DNA of 63,594 nucleotides, filler included, from Sanchytrium tribonematis (lineage: Eukaryota), in NCBI GenBank assembly GCA_018985235.1. It is 8 parts of 8 records of this genome, joined end to end, with 100 filler letters (N's around TTAATTAATTAA, not from the genome) between each part and the next. Parts side by side here need not be neighbours in the genome. Positions count along the whole stretch, not along the records: positions 8,027 to 15,938 come from JADGIG010000411.1; positions 16,039 to 23,949 come from JADGIG010000412.1; 6 more parts are not named here. One strand, given 5' to 3'. Each line of letters begins with the position of its first letter. The first letter of the stretch is position 1. Shown here piece after piece: positions 12,282 to 22,833 of this stretch. Made by a program: the position numbers and the translations under genes. The notes beneath the pieces were generated by a model. That model was not told the origin of the DNA. It did not search any database and was given only the letters and a program-made list of their open reading frames with translations.

Positions 12282-12798
12282 TTATTCAAAATTTCGGTCT
12301 CTATGACCTCTGCTACCATACCTAGCTAAATTAAATTGATTTACAAGGTCCTCTCGCGTATGGGGAGCCATAATTATCCCCATCATATCCACCACCTCGA
12401 CCTCCGTATGGTCTGTATCCACCACGACCGCCACCATAACCTCTTCCGAAGCGGCTCCCTCTGGGAAATCTTCCTCTGGCTCTACCTGTTCTGTTCTTGG
12501 CCCATGCCAATTCCAATTTGTGCTCTTGCAAATCGTAGCCTTGCATTTCAGTTAATGCTTGATGAGCATCCGATGAATTCTCAAACTCAACAAAAGCAAA
12601 TGGTGATTGTCCGGGTCGTGGTTCAGGTACATCGCATCGAATTAGTCTACCAAATTTCTCAAAAAGTTCACCCAAGTCTTTCGCTCTAACTTCAGGTCCT
12701 AAATTTTTAATGTATATTGTGTGGAGCGGTTTTGGAGTAGAATCCTCTCGTCCAATCGTATAATCAATTTTTCGATCATCAGCTTGAACTTCAGACAT
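12282..12798 (-). CDS. RRM plus RGG/SR-like RNA-binding protein; exons 12798-12345, 12325-12282
   Basis: RNP2 IYIKNL, RNP1-like PFAFVEF, RGG/YGG tail; start MSEVQADD. Confidence 0.85.
12326..12344 (-). other. 19-nt intron GTAAATCAATTTAATTTAG
   Basis: Removal extends the R/G/Y tail (SRYGSRGHRDRNFE*). Confidence 0.85.
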
Positions 12799-12856
12799 GC
12801 AACAAAGGGGTTTAAAATGCTGATATAAAACATTTCTCTTGGTGTATTTGAATGTT

Positions 12857-14290
12857 CTATTCGTTCTTGTAATGATTGGAATGCTCTTCAATTATGTCCA
12901 ATGCAAAGGATTTTTTGCAAAAATCGCAATAGAAAGTTTCTAGTTTCTTGCTTTTAGAATTTAATAATTCAAACACTGAAGCAGAATTTCTAGGTTTTTT
13001 CAAAGTAATTCTTTCTAAAGGAGAATTTCTTCGTTTTGTGGATGGGATGGAATTTACTGTGGGATTGTTTTCTTTTGAAGAGTCGATTGGGTTTTTTTGT
13101 TGGTGGAAGAAGAATTCTGGCGGCTGAGGCGTAGAAACTTTGACTAGATTGCTTAACTGAATGGAAACACGAAAACACGGCAATAAAAATCCATTAATTT
13201 TTTCAATCTGGGAAAGCAGTGACATGGAAATGTTGTAAATGTCTTTGATAGACGTTTCTTCTTTGAATGGTAAAAATGAACAAGATTTTGATTTTTGCGT
13301 TGGTCTTATCCAGGAACCGTTTATGCTGATTGTACGAGGCCATCGCTTGTGTTCCTCGTAATCATCCATGATTCTTTCTAATATTTCATCCGAGAGAAGC
13401 AAGATTAATTCTTCCAATTCTTCTCTGGTTTCTAGTTTTGCGGACTTGGCACTCATGTGAGACTTAATTTCGTGCCTTAGAACAATTTCAGAGTCATCTA
13501 TTCCCCTTATCAAATTATACACTAAGATGGCCTCGTCGTCAGAAAGCCATTTTTGAATATCAGATAGAGGGTATTTCCACAGTTGACCAGCATATTCTGC
13601 ATCACAATGCTGTGATAGTTTTCTGCTTAGCAAACCACCAAGCATTCTAATTTTTCTAATGGGTATATTCTCCATAAAATTTAATATCGCTTTATCAGGT
13701 ACAATGGTTTGTTTATCAGGCTTATTTCGAGATGAACATAATTTCGAAACAACTTTAACTGAGGAAATTCCTGCTGAGCAAGTGTACCCAAGCTCGCACT
13801 TTATTTGGTTTCTTATTTGCTTGACGATGGAAGCACAATATTTAAATTCAATATTTTCATGAAGCAGAGAGGATCCCACAACTTCCCCTAAATCAACATC
13901 ATCTAAGTTTTCGTTTTTGCTCATTTTTTCCTGCACAAGATCAGTCAGATCCATATACACTTCATCAATAGAAGCTCTTTCAAATTTCAAAGTATATCTT
14001 TTAATGATCTCAATGATTCTCACTGATGCCCTTCTATACGGACCAAGATGTGCTTTTTTAAATTTTCCTTCCCCTACAGTATCTACATGGACGCAATGTA
14101 TCTGAGGGCACAACTTTCTCGCTTCGTCCACATGCATCCGCTTTACATTGTATTTTCTGGCTGGATAATTAACCGCTATTAAATGATTCCATTGCTGAAC
14201 ACCCAGTGGTTCGTCTTTGGGTATATTTTTACGCACATGTTCAACTGCTGCGTAAAAAGCGTCCAAGTCCAAATGGACAATACATCTCAT
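12857..14290 (-). CDS. RAD30: DNA polymerase eta (Y family)
   Basis: HLDLDAFYAAVE, VQQW, IAVNYPAR, RASIDEVYMD, C-terminal UBZ CDFC..EEH. Confidence 0.9.
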   Translation of the reverse strand: MRCIVHLDLDAFYAAVEHVRKNIPKDEPLGVQQWNHLIAVNYPARKYNVKRMHVDEARKLCPQIHCVHVDTVGEGKFKKAHLGPYRRASVRIIEIIKRYTLKFERASIDEVYMDLTDLVQEKMSKNENLDDVDLGEVVGSSLLHENIEFKYCASIVKQIRNQIKCELGYTCSAGISSVKVVSKLCSSRNKPDKQTIVPDKAILNFMENIPIRKIRMLGGLLSRKLSQHCDAEYAGQLWKYPLSDIQKWLSDDEAILVYNLIRGIDDSEIVLRHEIKSHMSAKSAKLETREELEELILLLSDEILERIMDDYEEHKRWPRTISINGSWIRPTQKSKSCSFLPFKEETSIKDIYNISMSLLSQIEKINGFLLPCFRVSIQLSNLVKVSTPQPPEFFFHQQKNPIDSSKENNPTVNSIPSTKRRNSPLERITLKKPRNSASVFELLNSKSKKLETFYCDFCKKSFALDIIEEHSNHYKNE

Positions 14291-14470
14291 CTCCTATTGT
14301 TTTAATTTTAATACCATTCAACATTAGACCAAAAAATTTACAACATTTGGTGTTAATACTGTATCTATTTATTATAAAAATATGTTGCCAAAATTGGCTC
14401 AAGTTGGCTTTTAATCACCAATCAAAATGATGGTTTTGATAATAAAAATAGAGCTGTTGTCTCGAGCTCA

Positions 14471-14965
14471 ATGGATAAATTCCAAAAACTACTTGAAGAT
14501 GATTTGGATCAGCAATTACAGGGTGAGAGTATGAAAATTGCCAATTTGACTACGAGAATCAAATCTACAAGAACGTGGTTAACTATATTTTTCGGAGTCC
14601 AGTGCTTCGTTTCCTTGCTTCTAAGTTTTGGGACTCCTGTCTTTTTCATTCTGGCATTGTTAAATGTGGGATATATTTACAGCATACATCAACAAGACAT
14701 TGAATACAAGAAAATTGGTTTGGGAATTTGCACAATTTTGTCCTTCTTTAGCGTATCTACAATACTGTATGTGTTTTTCTCTTACATTTCTGTCATGATC
14801 ATGTATAGAATAAGCGATCCAACATTGGTGATTCTTCTGTTTATTTTAGGAGCCTTGGCTACTTCTGTAGTGTCATCGTTATACTTTTTCTGGAGACACG
14901 TTAATACTTGCAAAGAGCTTGAATATCATTTGACAAAAGCGCCAGTACAATTAGGACAGAATTAG
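14471..14965 (+). CDS. Small multi-pass membrane protein, unknown
   Basis: 164 aa with about 4 hydrophobic segments. Confidence 0.6.
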   Translation: MDKFQKLLEDDLDQQLQGESMKIANLTTRIKSTRTWLTIFFGVQCFVSLLLSFGTPVFFILALLNVGYIYSIHQQDIEYKKIGLGICTILSFFSVSTILYVFFSYISVMIMYRISDPTLVILLFILGALATSVVSSLYFFWRHVNTCKELEYHLTKAPVQLGQN

Positions 14966-14995
14966 TCAAATAAAATTATATCCAACCTAATTTAT

Positions 14996-15938
14996 TTAGA
15001 GCATCAATGCTATTTCTAATGGCTCCTCAATTATTTCTCGTTCTAAAGCATCTTCCATTCTTTTTCGTTTGTAAGCAAATAGGTAATCATTGATGGCAGT
15101 ACCTTGGATTAGAATCCATCCCAAGGTTGCTGCGTAGACAAAATTTGCGTTTCCAATAAACAATTTCATCCATTGATACTGGGTTATACCGGCAAAAGGC
15201 AGCAATATAATAGGCGTAGCGACACTTAGGAATGAAAATTTCATATCTAAATCAGCATAAAATACATTTATGGTATTTTTCAAATTGACTGGCGTTGTAC
15301 CACAAAATTCCAAGATCATAAAAAGAGGGAATGGGCGAAAAAATATGCAAAATTATGATATTAATCCACAAAGCAAATAACGGTTCATCAGAACACATTT
15401 TCATGATGGGATATTGGTAAACAAATAGGTGAGCCCACAAAACATATATATAAAGTTCTCTGTATTGATCAAACATTTGCTGGAGAATATACCACCAAAT
15501 TCCCATATTAGGATGATAATCTGGATCTATTTGAGCAAGGTACGTGTTTTTAAATTGGTATAAAATGTTTTTAAAAAATCCGAATGGGTGTAACTGTGCA
15601 GATAGCGAAAATAATAACACCCAAATAGTCAATGAAATTAGCGTAAACTTAGTCTTCGATTTCGATAATTTTAGAACGCTTGGCAACAAAGAAAATAAGT
15701 AAAATTTATCAAAACATGCCAAACCAAATAAGATTGATAACAACGTTTCATTTCTTTTGTTGAATAATGCAATTAGGAATAAAGAAGACGCTGTGGGAAC
15801 AGTCAAAATACTTAAAATTGCTATAAATGTCTTTTGCTCCGACAGCGCTAATGCAAAGATTCCAAAAATAATTGGAAGTGATAAAATTAAAGGTGTGTTC
15901 ATTCGCTTATCAAAGGGCTCAATTTGGTGTAAATACCT
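14996..15938 (-). CDS. GAB1: GPI transamidase subunit PIG-U/Gab1, 5'-partial; exons 15938-15266, 15246-14996
   Basis: PNMGIWWYILQQMFDQY, FSPIPSFYD, GNANFVYAATL. Confidence 0.87.
15247..15265 (-). other. 19-nt intron GTATTTTATGCTGATTTAG
   Basis: Joins the two PIG-U ORFs in frame. Confidence 0.92.
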
Positions 15939-16038
15939 NNNNNNNNNNNNNNNNNNNNNNNNNNNNNNNNNNNNNNNNNNNNTTAATTAATTAANNNNNN
16001 NNNNNNNNNNNNNNNNNNNNNNNNNNNNNNNNNNNNNN

Positions 16039-16424
16039 TTGTAAATAACTGCACTGGCAAAATAAACACCCAAAGTGGCATTTGCTTTAAAATCATTGAA
16101 AGCATTAAAGCATCTTGCCTCAATTTCTTTGTGGATTACTAGTTCAATGCATTTATCCTTCTGAATGAATTTGCAGTGAGGAATACGCTTATAGGGGACT
16201 TTCAAGTGGGATTGAAATGTATTTTTAATACCATTTGCATTCATTTTGCCATTTTTATCAGTTTTGCCACTGCGCATTCCAATGATAATTAAACGGGTAA
16301 GTGATTCATTATCATCATTATCAATGTATTTTTCAAAAGATTTAAGGGTTTTGTTGGATACAGGAGCGTGACTGCCATTTTGGGTCGAAGACGATGCAGT
16401 GACTGGGAGATCTCCTTGTGTCAT
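16039..16424 (-). mobile_element. Possible non-LTR retrotransposon ORF1-like sequence abutting a truncated LRR gene, 3'-partial
   Basis: ATG overlaps the LRR stop (ATGA); RLIIIGMRS...IKNTF..LKVPYKRIPHCKFI..KCIELVIH resembles from memory the RRM-like ORF1 of early-fungal LINEs. Confidence 0.4.
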
Positions 16425-17836
16425 GAATTGAATGTTACTGATCCCACAATACAATTCGTCAAATCAACTACCCCTTTAATTTTATTAAATGACAAATCAA
16501 TGTCACAATATTTTGTACCAGCAAATTTATATTCGACAGCATCGAAATAGTTATTAGAGGCACGTAACGTAGCCAAATTCTTCAATTTGGGAAATGTACC
16601 ATTCAATTCATTATATCCTATTCTTAAATCCGTGATACTTTGTGGCAAATTACCAAAAATGGGCCCAGTCAAGTGATTACCCTCAATATTTAAATCAGTT
16701 AAAGCTGTTAATCTTGTCAAATTGGGGAATAGTCCATGTAATTCACCGTGATAAATGACTAGAGATTCCAAACTATCTGGCAACAAAGTCCCATTAATGG
16801 TGCCATTAAACCCTTTTAAATCTGAATAAATCGACGTGATTCGATTTGATGAACACGTAATAATACCAAAAGCATCATTGCAACAGTTTGGAATTTTGGA
16901 AATGTAATTCCAATACTTTATATTCGTTGAATCAACATTTAATTGTTTTAAAAACAAAATCATGTTTGGACAATCCGGTGAGGGAGGAGATTTTGTGGAG
17001 AAATGACAAATCGATTGCAGTGGTCTTAAATCTACCAAATCATCAGGTTCAAAATAATTGTAGATGGTGTCACATTTTTGTAATTTTTGATAATTTTTTA
17101 GAAATAATCTGTCAAAATTATTTGATCTAATAGACAGATCAGTGATATTTGGCGATGAAATGGTAAGATTTCCTGTGAGTGAGTTCCCGGGCAAATACAA
17201 ATAGCGAATACTTTTAAAATCTATAGAAACAGATCCAAAATAATGACTTTCATACAAATCCAAGTATTGAATACTTTCTGGCAATTTAGGAAATGGACGA
17301 GGATCACCAGAAGAAGCTTGTCTGTTGGAAAGTGTCACTAATTTCGTGGGATTTAAAGGTAGAATATCACGCGTATAAGTACCAAGATCGATAAATGTTA
17401 AAGAATCAGGAAGTCTAGGTAAAAATGGCATGTTATCTGGTTCATATTTACCCAATCTAATAAATTCTAGATTAGGAAATGCATCTAGATCCATCCAAAT
17501 ATTCGTAGTGCTTACTAAATCCAACACTTTGAGCGTCTGTGGTAATTTCTTAATCAACATTGATTTTTCACTATATTTTAAAGAAAATACGCGTAAAACT
17601 GGAGGCAATTGAATTTCTGGATACAATTTTTGGTTATAATTGTTAATTTCTTCCCAATTCAACTCAACAACTCGCTCATTCTCACATTTTACTCCATTTC
17701 CCAAACAACAATCTTTCTCATACTGCTTAAAAGAAGCAGTATCTGTATACTTGATATCCAAGTCTATTGCTAGTTGAATCACTATTGAACAATCTACAGA
17801 GACAGCGCCCAGTAATGTCAAAAGTAGCGCGTACAT
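16421..17836 (-). CDS. Secreted LRR protein with two Cys-cap/LRR modules; C-terminus apparently truncated
   Basis: Signal peptide; caps DC...CC..C twice; LPxxLxxLxLxxN repeats; ends mid-repeat with no stalk or anchor. Confidence 0.8.
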   Translation of the reverse strand: MYALLLTLLGAVSVDCSIVIQLAIDLDIKYTDTASFKQYEKDCCLGNGVKCENERVVELNWEEINNYNQKLYPEIQLPPVLRVFSLKYSEKSMLIKKLPQTLKVLDLVSTTNIWMDLDAFPNLEFIRLGKYEPDNMPFLPRLPDSLTFIDLGTYTRDILPLNPTKLVTLSNRQASSGDPRPFPKLPESIQYLDLYESHYFGSVSIDFKSIRYLYLPGNSLTGNLTISSPNITDLSIRSNNFDRLFLKNYQKLQKCDTIYNYFEPDDLVDLRPLQSICHFSTKSPPSPDCPNMILFLKQLNVDSTNIKYWNYISKIPNCCNDAFGIITCSSNRITSIYSDLKGFNGTINGTLLPDSLESLVIYHGELHGLFPNLTRLTALTDLNIEGNHLTGPIFGNLPQSITDLRIGYNELNGTFPKLKNLATLRASNNYFDAVEYKFAGTKYCDIDLSFNKIKGVVDLTNCIVGSVTFNS

Positions 17837-17882
17837 TTCAAAGTGGCTTGATTTTAATTTTAATCAAATATTTAAAAGAAAT

Positions 17883-18812
17883 TTAATGTTTATTGATGGT
17901 TATTAATGACAAAGTATCGGATGATTCCAAGGGATCACTATATATTCTCAATATTGTCTTCTTCTTCATGATTCCAGATATCCAATAAATTTCCAATCCA
18001 TTTTTCATCATTAATTCACCTGATTCTGTTTTACTTAATTCGAATTCAGCATCAATGTCACGATATTTAACATGCAACTTCGTGCCATCAAAATACGCTA
18101 CCATTTGATCTATTAATGGAAATGTTTCTTTTTCAAATAATGATTTCATTTTTACTTTTTCTTGTCCAATTGTCACCATCAATTTCAATTTTGGTAATTT
18201 CGTATCATGATCACCAGTTTGATGTTCTCTACAATATACATCTTCGCAGACCAGTCCAAACGTATCCAATGGCTTCAAAGTGCCATAATTGACTTTTAAT
18301 GAGCAAAGTTGCTTATTTATAATTGTCTCGAATTCACAATGTGGTTTATCACATTTTAATGAAATAGTATCAAATTGATTTATGTATTCTGACCCACGAT
18401 TTGATTTCAAAACAAGTGTTTTAAAAGCATCTCCTGTCCAACAACTTAATGTCACTTGGAAATCTTGTTTAATATGACATTTAAAGAAACCATTAACCAC
18501 CATCATGCCATTATTTTGAGGATATGCTAAAAATGAAGTGTCTTGGATTGTTCCAAGCGTAAATTTCAAATCCGAATCATAATTTGGTTTATCATACCCT
18601 GTGCTCCATAATCGCAATTTATATTGACAATCTTCAAAATAATATTGCGCATTCATGTCATTGACATTCGTTTGCCATTTTTGTGCTTCTTCTAATTTTA
18701 GTTTCATTAAAACTGAGTCTTTATTAGAACTCGATCTGAAGTAGCATTTCAAATCTATTGTTGGATAGGGTTCTGATCTACACAGGAACGCGATTGCAAT
18801 TGCAAAAAACAT
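17883..18812 (-). CDS. Secreted Cys-containing hypothetical protein
   Basis: MFFAIAIAFLC signal-like start, 309 aa. Confidence 0.65.
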   Translation of the reverse strand: MFFAIAIAFLCRSEPYPTIDLKCYFRSSSNKDSVLMKLKLEEAQKWQTNVNDMNAQYYFEDCQYKLRLWSTGYDKPNYDSDLKFTLGTIQDTSFLAYPQNNGMMVVNGFFKCHIKQDFQVTLSCWTGDAFKTLVLKSNRGSEYINQFDTISLKCDKPHCEFETIINKQLCSLKVNYGTLKPLDTFGLVCEDVYCREHQTGDHDTKLPKLKLMVTIGQEKVKMKSLFEKETFPLIDQMVAYFDGTKLHVKYRDIDAEFELSKTESGELMMKNGLEIYWISGIMKKKTILRIYSDPLESSDTLSLITINKH

Positions 18813-19274
18813 GAATCAGGGGGGGATACCCAAATGTCATTATTTGCGAATGATGGTGTCATTTCAAAGTCACGGGTCATTGCGAATCATGTTGTCATTT
18901 GTAACAGTGTGACTACCATGTGATATTTGATTGTCACTCCTTGAATATTCTTTCTAACTCTATTGGAGGGAAACATTTATTATAGTTTGCAAATCGCTAC
19001 GTCATTACAATGAAGCTGAATATTTTAATTGAAAATATTTAATCTTTGTGCAACAGCACATATAGGGCAACCTGATTCTGGTGTGTGAGCAGTGGTATCC
19101 AGGTCAACTGATTATTGAATTTTGACATTTATGAAAGATTTCATTTAAATAATGACATAAAAGCCATATTAAAACATGTGAAGCGAAGGAAATTTACATT
19201 TTAAGCTGTAAAATATCAATGAATGATGTTTAAAATAAAAAGCACGTCGCTCGTTTCAAAATAAATTTTTAAAA

Positions 19275-19619
19275 ATGGATTTTACAGATTTTGATTATAT
19301 TAAACAGACCATTTTATACTGCCTAGTGGCTGCATTGGTGTTAACTACGATATGTACCTGTGGGATATGTGGATATATGAGAACTCATGAACATATAGAA
19401 GCAGGGAATATTAGAAAACAAAGAAGTCAGGAAGAATTACTATCAGATGATAAACAATCTAATATTTCACCATCTGAACAAAGTTATGAGAGTTCACCGG
19501 GTAGAATATACTCACCACAAGTACAGAAATCATATTTACGAGAATCTAATGATTTTAGTAGTCCTAAAGCATATTCTGAAGGTGGGGATAGTTTGAGAGA
19601 CAAATATTATAAACAGTGA
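19275..19619 (+). CDS. Small single-pass membrane protein
   Basis: One Cys-rich TM, Ser-rich tail. Confidence 0.6.
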   Translation: MDFTDFDYIKQTILYCLVAALVLTTICTCGICGYMRTHEHIEAGNIRKQRSQEELLSDDKQSNISPSEQSYESSPGRIYSPQVQKSYLRESNDFSSPKAYSEGGDSLRDKYYKQ

Positions 19620-19865
19620 TCGGGAGAATGATTTATTTAAATAAATAGCGTATTTTATGACTTAATTTCTATGTTTTGAGTCAGTAATGGCTTTAAACAA
19701 ATGGAGAGTCAATCATTTGTTATGTCATGGTATTTTAGAAATAAGGATCAGATCACATATACTATGTTGTGATGGTGAGAGGGATGCATCTATGCCACTA
19801 ACTCTCTTTAATTTTTGTCTCCACTTGTGAAAAACACGTGAAATCAACCAATCAAAATAGTGCAT

Positions 19866-20279
19866 TTATTTTTTGACATTGGTAAAATCTGTCATTTTCA
19901 TGGGTGGGCCATGATTTTTCAACCTGCGGTGAGTATTCAAGTGAGAAATCGTTCCATATGATTTATCACAACCACTGAATATGCAATAAAACATTCTCTG
20001 TACTTCATCGGGTCTTCTTCTGATTCTTTTCGTTCCACCGCGTGGTTTTATGCGGTTACCATATTGGTGGGCTAACACCATGCTTAAATTGAATGAATCC
20101 GGGTTAAATTGGTTGCCGTTCTGCACCATCTCGCACCTTCTCATCGACATTTTTCCTTTGGTCATCTCCTCGAGGTTGTCGCGTAGTTGCCCCTTATCCT
20201 TCAATTGATAGTGTGAATTCAAATGAGCACATGGGCACTCATGACTTCGATTTGCTTCAAATTCGCATCGTACGACCAT
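19866..20279 (-). CDS. Single C2H2 zinc-finger protein, Con7-like
   Basis: RRRPDEVQRMFYC..GCDKSYGTISHLNTHRRLKNHGP. Confidence 0.8.
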   Translation of the reverse strand: MVVRCEFEANRSHECPCAHLNSHYQLKDKGQLRDNLEEMTKGKMSMRRCEMVQNGNQFNPDSFNLSMVLAHQYGNRIKPRGGTKRIRRRPDEVQRMFYCIFSGCDKSYGTISHLNTHRRLKNHGPPMKMTDFTNVKK

Positions 20280-20518
20280 CCATTGGCAAATATAATTGGA
20301 TTGGCAAAGATCATGTTAAGTGTGATTAGCCATGATTCTGCTGATAACATAATTTTTGAAGCATAGATAACCACGTGATGGCAAACATGTCAAAATAGAT
20401 GGCACATTGATCGACAATTTACTTTGTCAGTCGTTCACTCCTTTCCACATCCAAAATTTATACTTTGTACTATTTTGTGCAAATTTAACAAGTTAGTCCA
20501 TTCAAAACTCAAAATGAT

Positions 20519-20897
20519 TTATTCTTTCTTGAAGTCTGCTTTGGTTCTAGGTGGTCCATGGTCTACATGAATCAGAAATACGCTTGCGTGCTCTATGGGT
20601 ATTCAAATGACTAATGGTTCCATAGGCTTTATCACATTTCTTCCCACAGTGCTCATAATCACAATAAAAGTATCTTTTCACATGTTCAGGCTTGCTTCTA
20701 AATCGTTTATTCTTTTTATTACCAAATATCATGTCTCTTTGTCTCCAAAATTCATGATGCCAATGGGTTTGTTGCAACCACATGACTTGCAAGGTTTGAT
20801 TTACATTAAATGTTTCTGGGTCATATTTGGTGAACTCCATTGGTGTTTTTGGTGCGTGGAGAGTCATTGGTTTCTTTTTAAAATGTCTCGGGGTCAT
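20519..20897 (-). CDS. Tandem Con7-like C2H2 paralogue; exons 20897-20582, 20562-20519
   Basis: CDKAYGTISHLNTHRARK H HGPPRTKADF after splicing, matching the neighbour's NHGPPMKMTDF. Confidence 0.8.
20563..20581 (-). other. 19-nt intron GTATTTCTGATTCATGTAG
   Basis: Removal restores the second Zn-ligand His (HGP). Confidence 0.92.
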
Positions 20898-21146
20898 CTA
20901 ATTCATGCAATTGGCTAATGCTTGCGCCATAACAAATCATGATCATTTTTCATTGGTCCGTCTAACTTCTAGGTGCTCGCAATCACTTTTAATGCGCAAG
21001 TCTCACATCTCGATACAACCTAGTTTCAGGGATTTTGGTCTAACAGATCACCCAAATGTCGCCATTTTGACTCGTCTAGTAAAAACACAAAACAATCTAA
21101 TTATAGACTATTTCGGATATTCAAGTGGATATGCAATGGATATTTA

Positions 21147-21812
21147 TTAACTGATTCTAAATTCTAATTGATCCTCACCTACTTTGATCCATTTATTAAA
21201 ATATTGCAAATATTCATCCTTCATTTCATTGACTTGCAAAAAAACAGCCACTTGATTTAACCCATATCGATTAATCTTGATGAGTTGCAGTGGCACATGG
21301 TAATAATTTGTAAATAATTGTATTTGATGCTGTATATGGTCATGAATGGGATGAAAACTGTGAATTCGATTCAAAATCACATCCAAACATTTCTCTAATA
21401 TTTGCCAACTAAAATGAGCAATGACACCCAATACGACTATTAATAATGAATGCTCTTGTAATACAATGGATAATAAATGACATGCACTGACAATCACACT
21501 TAAAATGACTGATAATTGGACTGGAACACCCATAATTTTCATTCCTTGCTTTTTAGACTGCATCATACTATAAATACTAATAAATATAGTCAATATAACA
21601 TGATACATGGCATGTTCTTGTTCCGGATGGTGTTCATCAAATGATTTCTCAATAAAATGAGAAATATCTAAACTAATGCAAAATAAGATGGATACATGAA
21701 TTATGAATAAATCGATGATTTTACTGGTATTTAAGAGATATAATGAGATGTATAATGCATACGGATTCATGATTTTACCATAAATAGCAGATAAAATCAA
21801 TGGCCAATTCAT
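21147..21812 (-). CDS. His-rich multi-pass membrane protein, possibly a divergent CDF zinc transporter
   Basis: Several TMs, HHPEQEH loop. Confidence 0.4.
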   Translation of the reverse strand: MNWPLILSAIYGKIMNPYALYISLYLLNTSKIIDLFIIHVSILFCISLDISHFIEKSFDEHHPEQEHAMYHVILTIFISIYSMMQSKKQGMKIMGVPVQLSVILSVIVSACHLLSIVLQEHSLLIVVLGVIAHFSWQILEKCLDVILNRIHSFHPIHDHIQHQIQLFTNYYHVPLQLIKINRYGLNQVAVFLQVNEMKDEYLQYFNKWIKVGEDQLEFRIS

Positions 21813-21826
21813 GTCAGAAGGAGAAT

Positions 21827-22684
21827 TTATTTATTGAGCAATTGATTGCCAATTTCATCAAAATGATGACTCGTTTGATCCATATTAATGGTCATCCACT
21901 CATATGCTGTCATTTTCATGTCTAATTGACTCAAATAAGTGTATAATCCACACATTAAATTCAATTCTCCATCTGTCGCATAATAATTTATAAAATACTC
22001 ATATATCCCAGAATGTTTAGAATGAATATGAGATATCATGTATTCTTTATATTCCTTGACTGTTAATTGTAAATCCATGATTTCCTGGTAATGCTGTGCC
22101 AATTGAGGGCAATAAATCATTTTATGATCCAATTGCAAATATTCCATAATTCTACTCATTTTTGGAGAATATTGATACTTCATATATATTTTATCAAATT
22201 GATGCACAAATCTATCAAATAAATTGATATTGATAAAGTAACTTGTGAAAATCAACCATAAATAACATAAAATTGAGAATCCCGCGAATAAGTAATAAAT
22301 CAATTGGAATGAATTAGATTCTATGGGATTACTTGTCATGTATTGTAATAATTTAGAGTAGTATTGACTTGATCTCATGGCTATTTCCTCAATTAACAAA
22401 TCACGCATTGAATAATGTAGATCCATTAATGGAGTCACTGGCACAGATTCCCATCTTAAATCATAAATAAGAATATGCATGGCATCATAATTCACTGCTA
22501 AAGTCAGTTCCTTGCAGATTTCTCTCCATTTTATGGGCATTTCTTTACCTGGCACTGCAAAGGCGTAAATAATGTGATTATTGATGGTGCATTTACCAAT
22601 TGAGATGGGACCATTAATATGGATATTATTTAATAGTTTAATGGCTATTTGATCATTTTGAAATGGTCCAGAAAGTTGCCCCAT
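21827..22684 (-). CDS. Hypothetical protein with one central TM
   Basis: 285-aa ORF. Confidence 0.55.
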   Translation of the reverse strand: MGQLSGPFQNDQIAIKLLNNIHINGPISIGKCTINNHIIYAFAVPGKEMPIKWREICKELTLAVNYDAMHILIYDLRWESVPVTPLMDLHYSMRDLLIEEIAMRSSQYYSKLLQYMTSNPIESNSFQLIYYLFAGFSILCYLWLIFTSYFININLFDRFVHQFDKIYMKYQYSPKMSRIMEYLQLDHKMIYCPQLAQHYQEIMDLQLTVKEYKEYMISHIHSKHSGIYEYFINYYATDGELNLMCGLYTYLSQLDMKMTAYEWMTINMDQTSHHFDEIGNQLLNK

Positions 22685-22833
22685 TTGTTTTGACTAAAAT
22701 GCATTTAAATCATCAACATGTGGTTTATTTGATCAAGTCACTCATTGGATAGGCGTATACACGTCAGAGATGCATCAAAAAGTACTTTTGTTAGTGAAAC
22801 CAATAACTAGGCCAGAAACAATTTACTTTTAAA

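Noticed and set aside
15918..15936. Apparent 19-nt GT-AG intron at the PIG-U 5' edge
   Set aside because: Unspliced frame is open and reads plausibly (RYLHQIEPFD..TPLIL); candidate lacks T-8
16414..16437. 24-nt intron rescuing the truncated LRR gene
   Set aside because: Violates the A-6 rule and the spliced product is not LRR-like
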